Program-made: the position numbers and the translations under genes
The notes under the pieces: model-generated
What the model saw: the letters and a program-made list of their open reading frames with translations, nothing else
The model's database searches: none
What the model was told of the DNA's origin: nothing
Assembly: GCA_902573015.1 (NCBI GenBank)
Contig: CACGIE010000002.1
Location: forward strand, 7,660 to 71,659
Length of the DNA stretch: 64,000 bases
Reading direction: 5' to 3'
From: an uncultured Candidatus Poseidoniales archaeon
GTDB taxonomy: Archaea; Thermoplasmatota; Poseidoniia; Poseidoniales; Thalassarchaeaceae
Part shown: positions 37,290 to 46,579 of the stretch, piece by piece
How the letters are laid out: every line of letters starts with the position of its first letter
Numbering within the stretch: the first letter of the stretch is position 1

Positions 37290-40154
37290 ATGGCGAGAGT
37301 TGGAATTTGGAAGTGTCCAGAATGCCAACTTCACCAAACCTGGAAGACTAGGTCAGATAAGTCAAACAAATTGGATCGTAAGTGTACAGGATGTGGGAAA
37401 AGGGTTCGAACGACCCTAGATAGGTCTGTCTCAGGGAAGGGCAGAGTGCGGAACGTCGAAATTTGGGAAAGGAGTTCTAAGGATTGGGAATCTCTGGAAG
37501 AAGAGGTTCAGAGAAGGAATAGGGGGTCTTTTGCAGATCCCATCGCATCAGTTAGTGGGAATGAAAATGAGGAACTGCAGTCTAATATTCCAAAAATTTG
37601 GGGCGTAGGGTGGATTCCTCCGGATGCATTGATTTTTCCATCAAAGCTGAAGTCAAAAAGAGCCAAGAAGAGTTTGCTAGAATTTGTAGCAGAAAGACAC
37701 GATGGTCATCTAAATTCTATTTCAGAATGTTGGGATTCAATGAAATGTAAAGATAAAATGACGGGTGAAGAGTTTCATGAATTCTCTCAGGAATTGATGA
37801 GAGTAATCGAGGAAAGATACCTAGAAAGGACGTTGGGTCCCGATCTATCTGGGCTTGCAAAATCAGAAATCATACCGATGAGAAGGGGTGAAGTATTCCT
37901 AAAGAGGAGATTGGACAGGCTACTAATTGATCTGACACTTTGCATGAGAAGAATTGCACATTATGCTTCGATTACTGTGGAAAATAGAATAGAATGGCAG
38001 AGGAGAATGATTCGTACAAGATTAGTGGATGAGGAGTTGAAGGACCTCTTTACGAATGGATTGCCTACCCCAGATGGAGGTAGTTTTGGTGGAAAGGGTT
38101 TCAGATCAACCTGGCAGGAAGGGGTGGTTGCCTGCGCTACTGCTATGACACGCGCAGTTGATTTGCCGGAAGAAAACCGTCACAATGCAGACATTGTAGC
38201 CCCAATGATCAGAGATATGGGCCTAGCACTTGCAATGGGGCAGACCCCGATCGAGGTTTTTTCTGCCCAAATGGGCAAGGCAGAGTCCTACATGGACGGT
38301 GGAATTCAAGGAAGTGGCGGTAGGGATTTGCATATAGGGAACTGGGAGAAGGGAATCCTGCCTCCTACTGCACCATTGCCTATTGCAAGTGCAACAACCA
38401 CTGGAGTAGCACTGGCTGCAAGTAGGCTAGGAATTAGTAGATTCCACTTAGCCCCTGTGGGAGAGGGTTGTAGCAGTAGCGGAGAGTTCTGGGAGGCGAT
38501 GAATTTCGCTGGAGTTCGTGGTTTGCCGATTTGCTTCATGATTCAGAATAATCAGATAGCACTTGATACACTAAATTCTGCTCAATCAGGAGCAGAGACT
38601 TTCGGTGACAAGGGGCATGCAATGGGAATCCCCGCCTGGACTATAGATGGATCTGATCCAGCGTTATTCTATGTATCCACTGCGGTTGCTAAGGAGTTCG
38701 CCAAGGATGGATGCGGAGCAACGCTAATCCACGTGGAAACAATGAGGGGTTGTGGGCACGCTCATCATCATGATGATTTGTACCTTGGAGCATCAAGCGG
38801 AAACCCTCCAGGTTATGTTGATCGGGAGTTACTGCGATACTGGTCCGAGAAAGATCCTCTGCCAAACCATAGAGAGTTATTGATTAAACTCGGAGTGGGC
38901 GAACAAAAACTCAACCGCATTCAGCTGGAAGAAGAAGGCAATGTGGAGTCAGCCAGGAGTCAATTGGAAAAAATGGAGTGGCCGGAGGGGAATTCGGTTG
39001 TCAAAGGAGTTACATCAATCTCGGACGCTACAAGTCACGAGAAGCAACTACGGAGAATTGACGAGGCAGGGGATATTACGAGTACCGGTCTAGGTTCAGG
39101 GGAGCTCTCAATAGAGTTCTCCGATGCTCCAAATTCTTGGAGTTACAGTAGAGCAATTCAGAATGGCATGGCAGCACTTGCAGACCAATTCGGCGATCAG
39201 ATGGTGTTCATGGGCGAAGATATGGAAGTAGCAGGGGCATTCGGAATGAATCTAGGGCTCAAGGCTAAGGGTCATCAATCAAAACTTCTCGATATGCCAC
39301 TATCTGAGGCCATCATAATCCATTCAGCGACAGGCGCAGCCCTAGGAGGGATGAGGCCACTGGCAGAGATACAGTTCGGAGGATTTGCAGCACTAGCAAT
39401 GAACCCCCTGGTCAACAATGCGGCTCAATTGAGATGGAGATGGGGCGCAGAGGTACCGATGACAGTACGAATTCCCCTAGGAGCTAAGACCAGGAGTGGG
39501 CCATTTCACGCTAACATGATTGAATCATGGCTAACAAACGATCCAGGATTGATCATTGTAACTCCAAGTAATCCTCAGGATGCTTATGATCTGCTTATTG
39601 AGTCACACCATCTACCAGATCCTGTTGTCTACTTAGAGCATATTGGGCTGTACGGACTTAGAGGGGGCATAACTGGCTGGGGTAAATCAATCAATCAAAT
39701 AGTGGATACAGAGGCTGTAATGAATAGACTAGGAAATGGAGATAGTTCAATTGGCAGAGCCAGAGTAGTCAGAGGAGGCGAGGATCTCACAATTGTCACC
39801 TGGGGTGCCATGGTACACGTTGCGCTTGATGCAGCAGAGAATGTGTCGAATAGGGGGGTTGAAGTCGAAGTTGTGGATCTGAGAACTCTCGTTCCCTTTG
39901 ACTCTGGGACATGTATCAACTCGGTTCTCAAGACTGGAAGACTAATCGTTCTACAAGAGTCGCAGTGGACTGGTGGTTTTGGCCATACAGTCTCGAGCAG
40001 AATTATCGAAGAGTCGTTCTGGAAGTTAGAAACTCCTCCCGTAGTGATTGGAGCGTTGGATACACCTGTTCCTTTCTCTCCAACACTTGAGGACCATACT
40101 ATTCCAAGTGTCGAAGTGGTTTCCAGGCATATCGAAAGAGCATGTGCAAAATGA
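37290..40154 (+). CDS. fused 2-oxoacid dehydrogenase E1 component (alpha+beta, TPP-dependent) with an unusual N-terminal C4 zinc-ribbon extension
   Basis: Frame is open from GTG 37226, with the first ATG at 37290 (MARVGIWKCPECQ...CTGCGKR). After about 230 aa comes E1-alpha (TPP motif GEGCSSSGEFWEAMNFA). Then E1-beta (transketolase-like Pyr and C-terminal domains) runs to 40154. Confidence 0.85.
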   Translation: MARVGIWKCPECQLHQTWKTRSDKSNKLDRKCTGCGKRVRTTLDRSVSGKGRVRNVEIWERSSKDWESLEEEVQRRNRGSFADPIASVSGNENEELQSNIPKIWGVGWIPPDALIFPSKLKSKRAKKSLLEFVAERHDGHLNSISECWDSMKCKDKMTGEEFHEFSQELMRVIEERYLERTLGPDLSGLAKSEIIPMRRGEVFLKRRLDRLLIDLTLCMRRIAHYASITVENRIEWQRRMIRTRLVDEELKDLFTNGLPTPDGGSFGGKGFRSTWQEGVVACATAMTRAVDLPEENRHNADIVAPMIRDMGLALAMGQTPIEVFSAQMGKAESYMDGGIQGSGGRDLHIGNWEKGILPPTAPLPIASATTTGVALAASRLGISRFHLAPVGEGCSSSGEFWEAMNFAGVRGLPICFMIQNNQIALDTLNSAQSGAETFGDKGHAMGIPAWTIDGSDPALFYVSTAVAKEFAKDGCGATLIHVETMRGCGHAHHHDDLYLGASSGNPPGYVDRELLRYWSEKDPLPNHRELLIKLGVGEQKLNRIQLEEEGNVESARSQLEKMEWPEGNSVVKGVTSISDATSHEKQLRRIDEAGDITSTGLGSGELSIEFSDAPNSWSYSRAIQNGMAALADQFGDQMVFMGEDMEVAGAFGMNLGLKAKGHQSKLLDMPLSEAIIIHSATGAALGGMRPLAEIQFGGFAALAMNPLVNNAAQLRWRWGAEVPMTVRIPLGAKTRSGPFHANMIESWLTNDPGLIIVTPSNPQDAYDLLIESHHLPDPVVYLEHIGLYGLRGGITGWGKSINQIVDTEAVMNRLGNGDSSIGRARVVRGGEDLTIVTWGAMVHVALDAAENVSNRGVEVEVVDLRTLVPFDSGTCINSVLKTGRLIVLQESQWTGGFGHTVSSRIIEESFWKLETPPVVIGALDTPVPFSPTLEDHTIPSVEVVSRHIERACAK

Positions 40155-40209
40155 AATCCAACGAAATGTCTGGAAAAGAGTAAATTGTGAAATGTCTCAG
40201 GAGTAGAAT

Positions 40210-41169
40210 ATGGATGAGACTGTGGTGGACGTAGTTTTCGTCCTTATCGGGTTTGCTTTGCTAATGTTCGGGGGAGAGGCTCTGGTTCAAGGAGCTACTA
40301 GGATATCCCAGAGTCTCAGCATATCGCCTCTAGTAGTGGGATTCACAGTCGTAGCAATCGGAACATCACTGCCCGAACTGGCTGTTGCGATTGAGGCTAT
40401 TGAAACTGACGTACCAAATATTGCAGTTGGAGGGGTCCTAGGTTCTAATGTCGCAAACGTGATGTTGGTCTTGGGAGCGGCAGCCGTCTTAGGGGCTAAA
40501 TCTGATACAGAGAAAGGGGTAAACAGGGATGCGATGGCAGTAGTGGTAGCCACTCTGTTCATGGCAATATTCGTTTATTTTGGAGAAGTTCCCCTTCTAG
40601 GAGGCGTCGTGATGTTGACATGTCTGATTGGTTACTACTACTACACCTACTCAGTTGCAATCTCGGATGAAGATGAGTATGAGTTCGAAGACTCATGGCT
40701 ACCAAACAAAATGTCCCTTGCTATCCCCTTCTGTGTTATGGGTGGTGGGATGATATGGTTTGGTGCTGAATTACTTGTATCTGGATCAACTGGTATTGCT
40801 GAGACTTTCGGAGTCTCGGAGGCCGTTATTGGTCTGACGGTGGTAGCACTGGGGACTTCATTGCCCGAACTGGCTGTTACACTAGTAGCTGGCATTAGAG
40901 GGCAAGGAGGCGTTGCCGTAGGAAACGTACTAGGTTCCAATGTGATGAACATCATGGGGATAATTGGTATAGCGAGTATTGTTGGGAGTGGGATTCCTGT
41001 AGATGTAGAGTTTCAGAGAGACATCATAGTGGTGATAGCAACATCGGGATTAGTAGTATGGATGCTCATATCTGGAAAGGAGTTCACCAAAAATATTGGA
41101 ACTATGATGATCATATCTTACCTATTCTACATGACATATCTCGGTGGTTTCCTAGACGGATTATTTTAG
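40210..41169 (+). CDS. Ca2+/cation antiporter (CaCA family, YrbG-like)
   Basis: Two alpha-repeat signatures: GTSLPELAVAIEA and GTSLPELAVTLVAG. About 10 TM helices with an acidic central loop. Confidence 0.85.
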   Translation: MDETVVDVVFVLIGFALLMFGGEALVQGATRISQSLSISPLVVGFTVVAIGTSLPELAVAIEAIETDVPNIAVGGVLGSNVANVMLVLGAAAVLGAKSDTEKGVNRDAMAVVVATLFMAIFVYFGEVPLLGGVVMLTCLIGYYYYTYSVAISDEDEYEFEDSWLPNKMSLAIPFCVMGGGMIWFGAELLVSGSTGIAETFGVSEAVIGLTVVALGTSLPELAVTLVAGIRGQGGVAVGNVLGSNVMNIMGIIGIASIVGSGIPVDVEFQRDIIVVIATSGLVVWMLISGKEFTKNIGTMMIISYLFYMTYLGGFLDGLF

Positions 41170-41203
41170 CGAGAGAGCTAGTTAGGTTTTTGGGAGCGAT
41201 AGT

Positions 41204-41773
41204 GTGGAATGCGTAATTCTTGCGGCTGGTTCAAGCAGTAGGCTTGGAATGGATAAGGCATTGGTTGATGTCGGTTCTCAGACGCTCATCAGTTGGATTT
41301 CACGAAGATTATCGAGTCATGTGGCTAATATCACCATAGTTGCAAATGAGTCAAATTTTACAGAAATTTCCAAAATGGTGAGTAATGTGAATGTAATACT
41401 AAACCGAAATCCGCACAAAGGTAGAACAGGCTCTCTTAAATTGGGAATTGACAGTATTGATTCCTCGGGAGTGGAGGATTACAGATTGCTTGTTGTTCCC
41501 GTAGATCGGCCAGGATTCTCAGATTCGACTCTGGATCGACTAATTTCTTCAGAAGAGACCTGCTGTCCTATGAAGGAAGGCAGAGGGGGACACCCCCTGG
41601 TGCTGACCTTCGAAGATGTCGACAAGGTAAGGAAAAGTTCAGCAAATTCGCCATTGAGAGAAGTGATCGAGGCAAGTAGATTCGAGGTTCTAGATAGATT
41701 TCTAGATCTAAACATAGATACCCCAGAGGATATAATCAATCTACAACATAAACTAAGATCGGTAAATGAATAG
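41204..41773 (+). CDS. MobA/MocA-like molybdenum cofactor nucleotidyltransferase
   Basis: CVILAAGSSSRLGMDKALV is the MobA-family N-terminal motif. 189 aa, GTG start. Confidence 0.7.
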   Translation: MECVILAAGSSSRLGMDKALVDVGSQTLISWISRRLSSHVANITIVANESNFTEISKMVSNVNVILNRNPHKGRTGSLKLGIDSIDSSGVEDYRLLVVPVDRPGFSDSTLDRLISSEETCCPMKEGRGGHPLVLTFEDVDKVRKSSANSPLREVIEASRFEVLDRFLDLNIDTPEDIINLQHKLRSVNE

Positions 41774-41875
41774 AATAGAAATTATCCATTTTAATTCTGG
41801 GTTCTGAACTAATTGAGTTTGATGAGTGCTATTTCAGAATCGAGAAAATAGAGTATCAGATTCCTTCGTGCTAAG

Positions 41876-43123
41876 ATGTCAAATGATTTATACAAACTTG
41901 GAGTGGAATGTGTAATGCCAACCTCTGCTGATGTAATCGAAGTGGTAGTTGTGAGCATGCGAGATGCATTTCTAGCCGTGACCGTATTTGTTGCTTCGAT
42001 GGTTCTACTGTTCAGTTGGTTACAGTACATTACCGCTGGAAGGTTCGTAGACGTGATTCGATCCAAAAGACGATGGCAGCCCGTAATCGGCGCCATTATG
42101 GGCATCACTCCTGGTTGTGGCGGAGCCATTGTAATCATGCCAATGTATACTAGGGGTTTCGTGAGCTATGGAACCGTAATAGCCACTCTGATCGCGACCC
42201 TCGGGGATGCTGCGTTCGTCTTGATTGGTGCTGCTCTCACTGACTCCTCTTTCGTGGCTCCCGCAGTAGCGGTGCATATCATCTCCTTCGTGACAGGAGT
42301 TACGTGGGGCTACCTCATTGATGGATTGAGCATCACACCACAGAGTCCTTTGGGCGGATTAATACTTAGATCCGAGTCCACGAAGGAACAGAAAATCATC
42401 AAATTAGACGATTTGGAAGATACGAAAACAGTCTTTGATGATCTTGGAAGAGAAGATGAAACTGGCCCGGGTTATTTCCTTCTTCACCAAGGCTATACCC
42501 TGTGGTGGATAGTTACCTCAATTGGATTAGTATTCGCAGTAATGTTACTTGTTTGGAATTCTCAGGATGCTGATTTTGAACTTTCAATAGAATATAATCC
42601 ATTTACGTTACATGGTTTCATAACTTGGATTGGTTTGATAGGTACGACTTTGTCAATAATCCTGTATCTATCTCAGAAAAGCTGGATTCGTGACGATACA
42701 GAAGCTTCTATTGGAGACAAGCTCTATTCGATGAGAGAGACATTGATACACTCTGCAAGTGAAACTGCATTTGTCACTTTTTGGGTCATGGCTGCTTACC
42801 TAATTTTCGAGTTTACCATGTTATTCTCGGGGGCTAACGAAGCAGACTTAGCCGAGTATGGTGATGGAATTTTTGCAGTTGTAGTCGCTTCTTTCGTTGG
42901 ATTAATACCTGGTTGCGGACCTCAAATTATCGCCATTACCGCCTATACAAAGGATCTGATATCGTTCCCGGCTTTGGCTGCGAATGCGATTAGTCAAGAC
43001 GGAGACGCTCTTTTTCCACTTTTGGTTAGGCATAGGGTAGCTAGCCTTTGGGCTACGCTACATACAACTATTCCTGCCCTAATTTTGGGAGTCGCGCTTT
43101 TGATTCTGGACGTATCTTTCTAA
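41876..43123 (+). CDS. two-repeat integral membrane permease of unknown family (PGCG motif in each repeat)
   Basis: 415 aa, about 10 TM helices. Internal duplication with GITPGCGGAIVIMPMY (repeat 1) and GLIPGCGPQIIAITAY (repeat 2). The repeats are separated by an acidic hydrophilic loop. Confidence 0.7.
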   Translation: MSNDLYKLGVECVMPTSADVIEVVVVSMRDAFLAVTVFVASMVLLFSWLQYITAGRFVDVIRSKRRWQPVIGAIMGITPGCGGAIVIMPMYTRGFVSYGTVIATLIATLGDAAFVLIGAALTDSSFVAPAVAVHIISFVTGVTWGYLIDGLSITPQSPLGGLILRSESTKEQKIIKLDDLEDTKTVFDDLGREDETGPGYFLLHQGYTLWWIVTSIGLVFAVMLLVWNSQDADFELSIEYNPFTLHGFITWIGLIGTTLSIILYLSQKSWIRDDTEASIGDKLYSMRETLIHSASETAFVTFWVMAAYLIFEFTMLFSGANEADLAEYGDGIFAVVVASFVGLIPGCGPQIIAITAYTKDLISFPALAANAISQDGDALFPLLVRHRVASLWATLHTTIPALILGVALLILDVSF

Positions 43124-43171
43124 ATCTGAGTGATACGCAGAAGTATCTGATCATCTACACAACTCCAAAGG

Positions 43172-44032
43172 TTGGCACCCCGACGGACCTTTGTGACTGT
43201 GGCAGTCCTAAACTGGGCCATCAATAGAGTAGAGGCTGGAGAAAGAGTCGCCATTGCATCTGTGGTTCAGGCCAGCGGGAGCGTTCCTGGGAAACCAGGA
43301 GCAAGGCTAGCAATCAGCTCCTCGGGGGAAAAGTTCGGGACTATCGGTGGTGCAGGATTGGAGTTAACGGTGGAAAAGGAGCTTCAAGAAATTCTTTTGC
43401 GAGATCTGTCTGACCTAAGAAAAAAAGGAGGTAAAGTTGAGTTATTCCTGCTAAACAGAGATGGCAAAGGAAAAGAGGTATCTGCCCTCGACAGTCTATG
43501 CGGGGGACGGGTGACAGTAGCTATGGAAGTGATTACTCCACGACCTCACATCTTGATTGCGGGAGGGGGGCACGTTGGTCTTTCAATCGCAAAGGTGTGT
43601 GATTCTGTGGAATGGTCGTATAGCGTATTCGATATAAGAGAGGAGTATTGTAACCAACAGCGTTATCCAAACGCTGAGAGGAATTTCTGCTCGTCTGTCG
43701 AGGAATTTCTCAAGAGCGAAAGTAAGGATTCTCTGGCTCGTTTTTCAGATATTCTACTGTTGAGTCATGATTGGTCGGTTGATGAAGAGATGCTAATCGG
43801 GTTACTGCAATTATGCAGAGAAGGAAGTAGGCCTCGGATTGGGGCTATAGGATCGAAGAAGAAATGGTCTGCTTTCAGGAAGAAGGCTATTGGAAGTGGG
43901 GTTGAGGAGCGGCTGATAGACTCCGTCAGATGCCCTATTGGCCTAGACATAGGGGCGGATACTCCGGAAGAAATTGCAATTGCGGTTTGTGCAGAAGTTC
44001 TATCTCTTGAAAGGAAGAACGTGGCTACCTAA
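43172..44032 (+). CDS. XdhC/CoxI-family molybdoenzyme maturation factor
   Basis: N-terminal XdhC_CoxI-like block VAIASVVQASGSVPGKPGARLAI...GTIGGAGLE. C-terminal Rossmann-like ILIAGGGHVGLSIAKV. Confidence 0.7.
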   Translation: MAPRRTFVTVAVLNWAINRVEAGERVAIASVVQASGSVPGKPGARLAISSSGEKFGTIGGAGLELTVEKELQEILLRDLSDLRKKGGKVELFLLNRDGKGKEVSALDSLCGGRVTVAMEVITPRPHILIAGGGHVGLSIAKVCDSVEWSYSVFDIREEYCNQQRYPNAERNFCSSVEEFLKSESKDSLARFSDILLLSHDWSVDEEMLIGLLQLCREGSRPRIGAIGSKKKWSAFRKKAIGSGVEERLIDSVRCPIGLDIGADTPEEIAIAVCAEVLSLERKNVAT

Positions 44033-44063
44033 GTATCAAATTAGGTGTTAAATTCGGGAAGTC

Positions 44064-45278
44064 ATGAAGGTTCTGTCGACCCTGACTTCCATACTGGTAA
44101 TTTCTGCAAGCTTAGTCGGATGTATGGGAGAGAGTGAGGAGAAGGAAGATATCCCCGTAGTAGACGGCTATTTCGGAGCTTTCAGTGTCGTAGCCCCAAT
44201 CGATACTGGGATTAACGTATATCATAATCACTTCTCTATGAACGAGTCTTACCCGCAGTGGCTGCTTGATCAACTGGGAGTAAACAAGGTTTGTGAAATT
44301 AGTAAAAACGGAACTTGGGAAGAGCGCTACGAAGCGGATAGGGAAGATTGCTGGGACGTGATTGGTTCCGACGACATTGTATGGTTCAAGGGTTCGAGAA
44401 TAATTGGCACTACTCCCGATGATAATACGGACATACCAATCCTCGACGACCCTAATGACGGGCATGGGACCGCAGTAACTGGTGCGGTAATTGACGCGAA
44501 CCCGGACGCGGTGATTTTCTTCGTCGAGGGATTCAGTGATGCGGCTGTTCTGGCTGCTGCGAACCAACCTTTGGTGGATTTGATTACAACTAGCTTCGGA
44601 CCCATACTTTCGGTTCCGGTCCCTGGCATTGAGGATGCAACCAAAGTCGCAGTTGTTGAAGAAAAGAAGATTCACACTGGAGCTGCGGATAACTCCCCTT
44701 CTCCTGCCATTCAAGACTCAACGGCTGGACCTCCGTGGAGTATTGGAGTTTCGGGATATGCTGAAGAGGATGACGATCAGAAAGAGACCATGAGCGGTTC
44801 TTACCCCGACATAGCTGCAGACTGGACTCAAATGCTCCCCAACCATGACGACATTGACGGATATCATCAGACCTCGGGAACCTCGTTTGCAACACCAAGG
44901 ACCGCTGGATTGCTCTCCAAAGTGCTAGTCTCTCTAAGAACGGAATTCGGGGATTTTTCCTCCGGTGCCGATCCTGTAGATAGGATGGGGCTAATGGTGA
45001 ACGGATCGAATTTCACACTCACCAACGATGACATCAGAGATGCTTTGAACCTCTCAGCATGGTATCCATCATTTTCCAGTTGGGACCCTCTTTCGGGAAC
45101 AACTCCAATTTCGCCTGTGGCGCCGTGCACACAAGTGGGATGGGGAGTAGTGAACGAAAGCAATGTCCTTCCTATCATTGAGCACCTGAATGGGAGTAGC
45201 TCGATGAGCCAGAGGCCCTTCGATGTGGAACTCTGTATGGAGTCCAATCAGGAGATTAGAGAAGCATATTGGAACTAG
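44064..45278 (+). CDS. subtilisin-like S8 serine protease lipoprotein
   Basis: Lipobox SLVGC. Catalytic Asp (APIDTGINVYH), His (DGHGTAVTGAV) and Ser (TSGTSFATPR) blocks. Confidence 0.8.
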   Translation: MKVLSTLTSILVISASLVGCMGESEEKEDIPVVDGYFGAFSVVAPIDTGINVYHNHFSMNESYPQWLLDQLGVNKVCEISKNGTWEERYEADREDCWDVIGSDDIVWFKGSRIIGTTPDDNTDIPILDDPNDGHGTAVTGAVIDANPDAVIFFVEGFSDAAVLAAANQPLVDLITTSFGPILSVPVPGIEDATKVAVVEEKKIHTGAADNSPSPAIQDSTAGPPWSIGVSGYAEEDDDQKETMSGSYPDIAADWTQMLPNHDDIDGYHQTSGTSFATPRTAGLLSKVLVSLRTEFGDFSSGADPVDRMGLMVNGSNFTLTNDDIRDALNLSAWYPSFSSWDPLSGTTPISPVAPCTQVGWGVVNESNVLPIIEHLNGSSSMSQRPFDVELCMESNQEIREAYWN

Positions 45279-45314
45279 GGTGTTCTCTAAATAACAAGAA
45301 GAGAGTCCAAGATT

Positions 45315-45959
45315 ATGAGGAAGGTACTCCTTAGATGGAAGGTTTCCTCTCTTTCCGGAATAGATGAGATCGACAAACTGATGGAGATTTGTCACAGGAT
45401 AGAGGTTCTTGGACACCTTTCTACTGATTCTGGAGGGGTTACCCAACTGGTAGAATTGGGGATTAACAAAGGACGGTATCTATCTGAAATCTCGGATTTG
45501 GAGAGTTTTGATGTTATTGAAACACATGAAGAGGACGGGAGCGGCGTGTTGGTTAGCATTCGTTGCACTCATCCTCTAGCACTTTCTGCGTTAGAGTTGT
45601 CGAATATCTATGTCTACCCCCCATACGGAATCGATTCCAAGAGCGGCCTGGAGTTCAGAATCTTTGGGATTTCAAGATCCATACGGAGTTTCTTGGAGTT
45701 TGTTAGAGAAGTGATGCCACCGGACACAATTAGTGTACAGACAATAAAAAACGGATCTTCTAAGGAGCTCGATTTCCTGACAGAAAAGCAGAGAGAAGTG
45801 CTTGAACTGGCTGTGAACAGAGGTTACTACGAAGATGGAGCGGAGATAACATTGAAGCAACTCGCTGAAGAGCTAGGAATAGCAAGAAGCACCACAGGAG
45901 AGCATCTGAAGAGGGCCGAGTCTGAAGTTCTAAAAAGAGCCATCAATGATTTCCAATAG
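45315..45959 (+). CDS. HTH_10 (bacterio-opsin activator-type) transcriptional regulator
   Basis: C-terminal LTEKQREVLELAVNRGYYEDGAEITLKQLAEELGIARSTTGEHLKRAESEVL is the archaeal HTH_10 signature. Located immediately upstream of the molybdoenzyme operon. Confidence 0.7.
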   Translation: MRKVLLRWKVSSLSGIDEIDKLMEICHRIEVLGHLSTDSGGVTQLVELGINKGRYLSEISDLESFDVIETHEEDGSGVLVSIRCTHPLALSALELSNIYVYPPYGIDSKSGLEFRIFGISRSIRSFLEFVREVMPPDTISVQTIKNGSSKELDFLTEKQREVLELAVNRGYYEDGAEITLKQLAEELGIARSTTGEHLKRAESEVLKRAINDFQ

Positions 45960-45987
45960 ACATCAAGGGGAACCGAATGCTCAAAGG

Positions 45988-46578
45988 ATGGGCTCGATTG
46001 GTCGTAATGTGGTGCAGTTCCGGCTACCTATGCTACCCCCTTCCGATGCGATTGAGTGGAACGCCAAGGTAAATGACGAAGAAGTATCCATATTTATTGA
46101 GAGCAATGCGATTCTTCTTGACGTGCTTAGGGACCGTGTCGGGAGTCTGGGAACCAAGCGTGGATGCGATATGGGCACCTGTGGATGCTGTTCTGTACTA
46201 ATTGACGGGGAGCCGAGGTTGTCTTGTCTTACTCTAGCTGTAGATACTGAACAAGCCGATATCACAACAGTAGAAGGATTAGCTGATGGACACCATCTGC
46301 ACCCGATACAGCAGACCTTCGCGGAGTGTGGAGGCAGTCAATGCGGATTCTGCACCCCTGGTTTCTTGGTGGTAATTTCTGCATTACTATCTGAAAATAC
46401 CAAACCTGACGACCAAGAGATAAAACAAGCAATAGAGGGCAACCTATGTCGTTGTACTGGATTCCAGCAGATAGTTGACTCAGTCAAAGCCGCTTCAGAT
46501 ATCCTAGTCTCGGGGGAAGCGGTTAGCGACTCGACCCTATCAAAGAGTGATCCTCATCCAGGATTTGGTGGAGATTAG
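45988..46578 (+). CDS. xanthine dehydrogenase-family [2Fe-2S] small subunit (CoxS/XdhA-like)
   Basis: GCDMGTCGCCSVLIDGEPRLSC (plant-type 2Fe-2S). CGFCTPGF...CRCTGF (second 2Fe-2S). Confidence 0.85.
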   Translation: MGSIGRNVVQFRLPMLPPSDAIEWNAKVNDEEVSIFIESNAILLDVLRDRVGSLGTKRGCDMGTCGCCSVLIDGEPRLSCLTLAVDTEQADITTVEGLADGHHLHPIQQTFAECGGSQCGFCTPGFLVVISALLSENTKPDDQEIKQAIEGNLCRCTGFQQIVDSVKAASDILVSGEAVSDSTLSKSDPHPGFGGD

Positions 46579-46579
46579 T

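Noticed and set aside
37390-37412. GGGTTCGAACGACCC, superficially tRNA T-loop-like
   Set aside because: No acceptor or anticodon arms can be folded around it. It lies inside the open reading frame encoding the zinc-ribbon segment (GKRVRTTLDRS). Coincidental.
44112-44714. 200-aa minus ORF inside the S8 lipoprotein gene
   Set aside because: Antisense to a CDS carrying the complete subtilisin catalytic triad.
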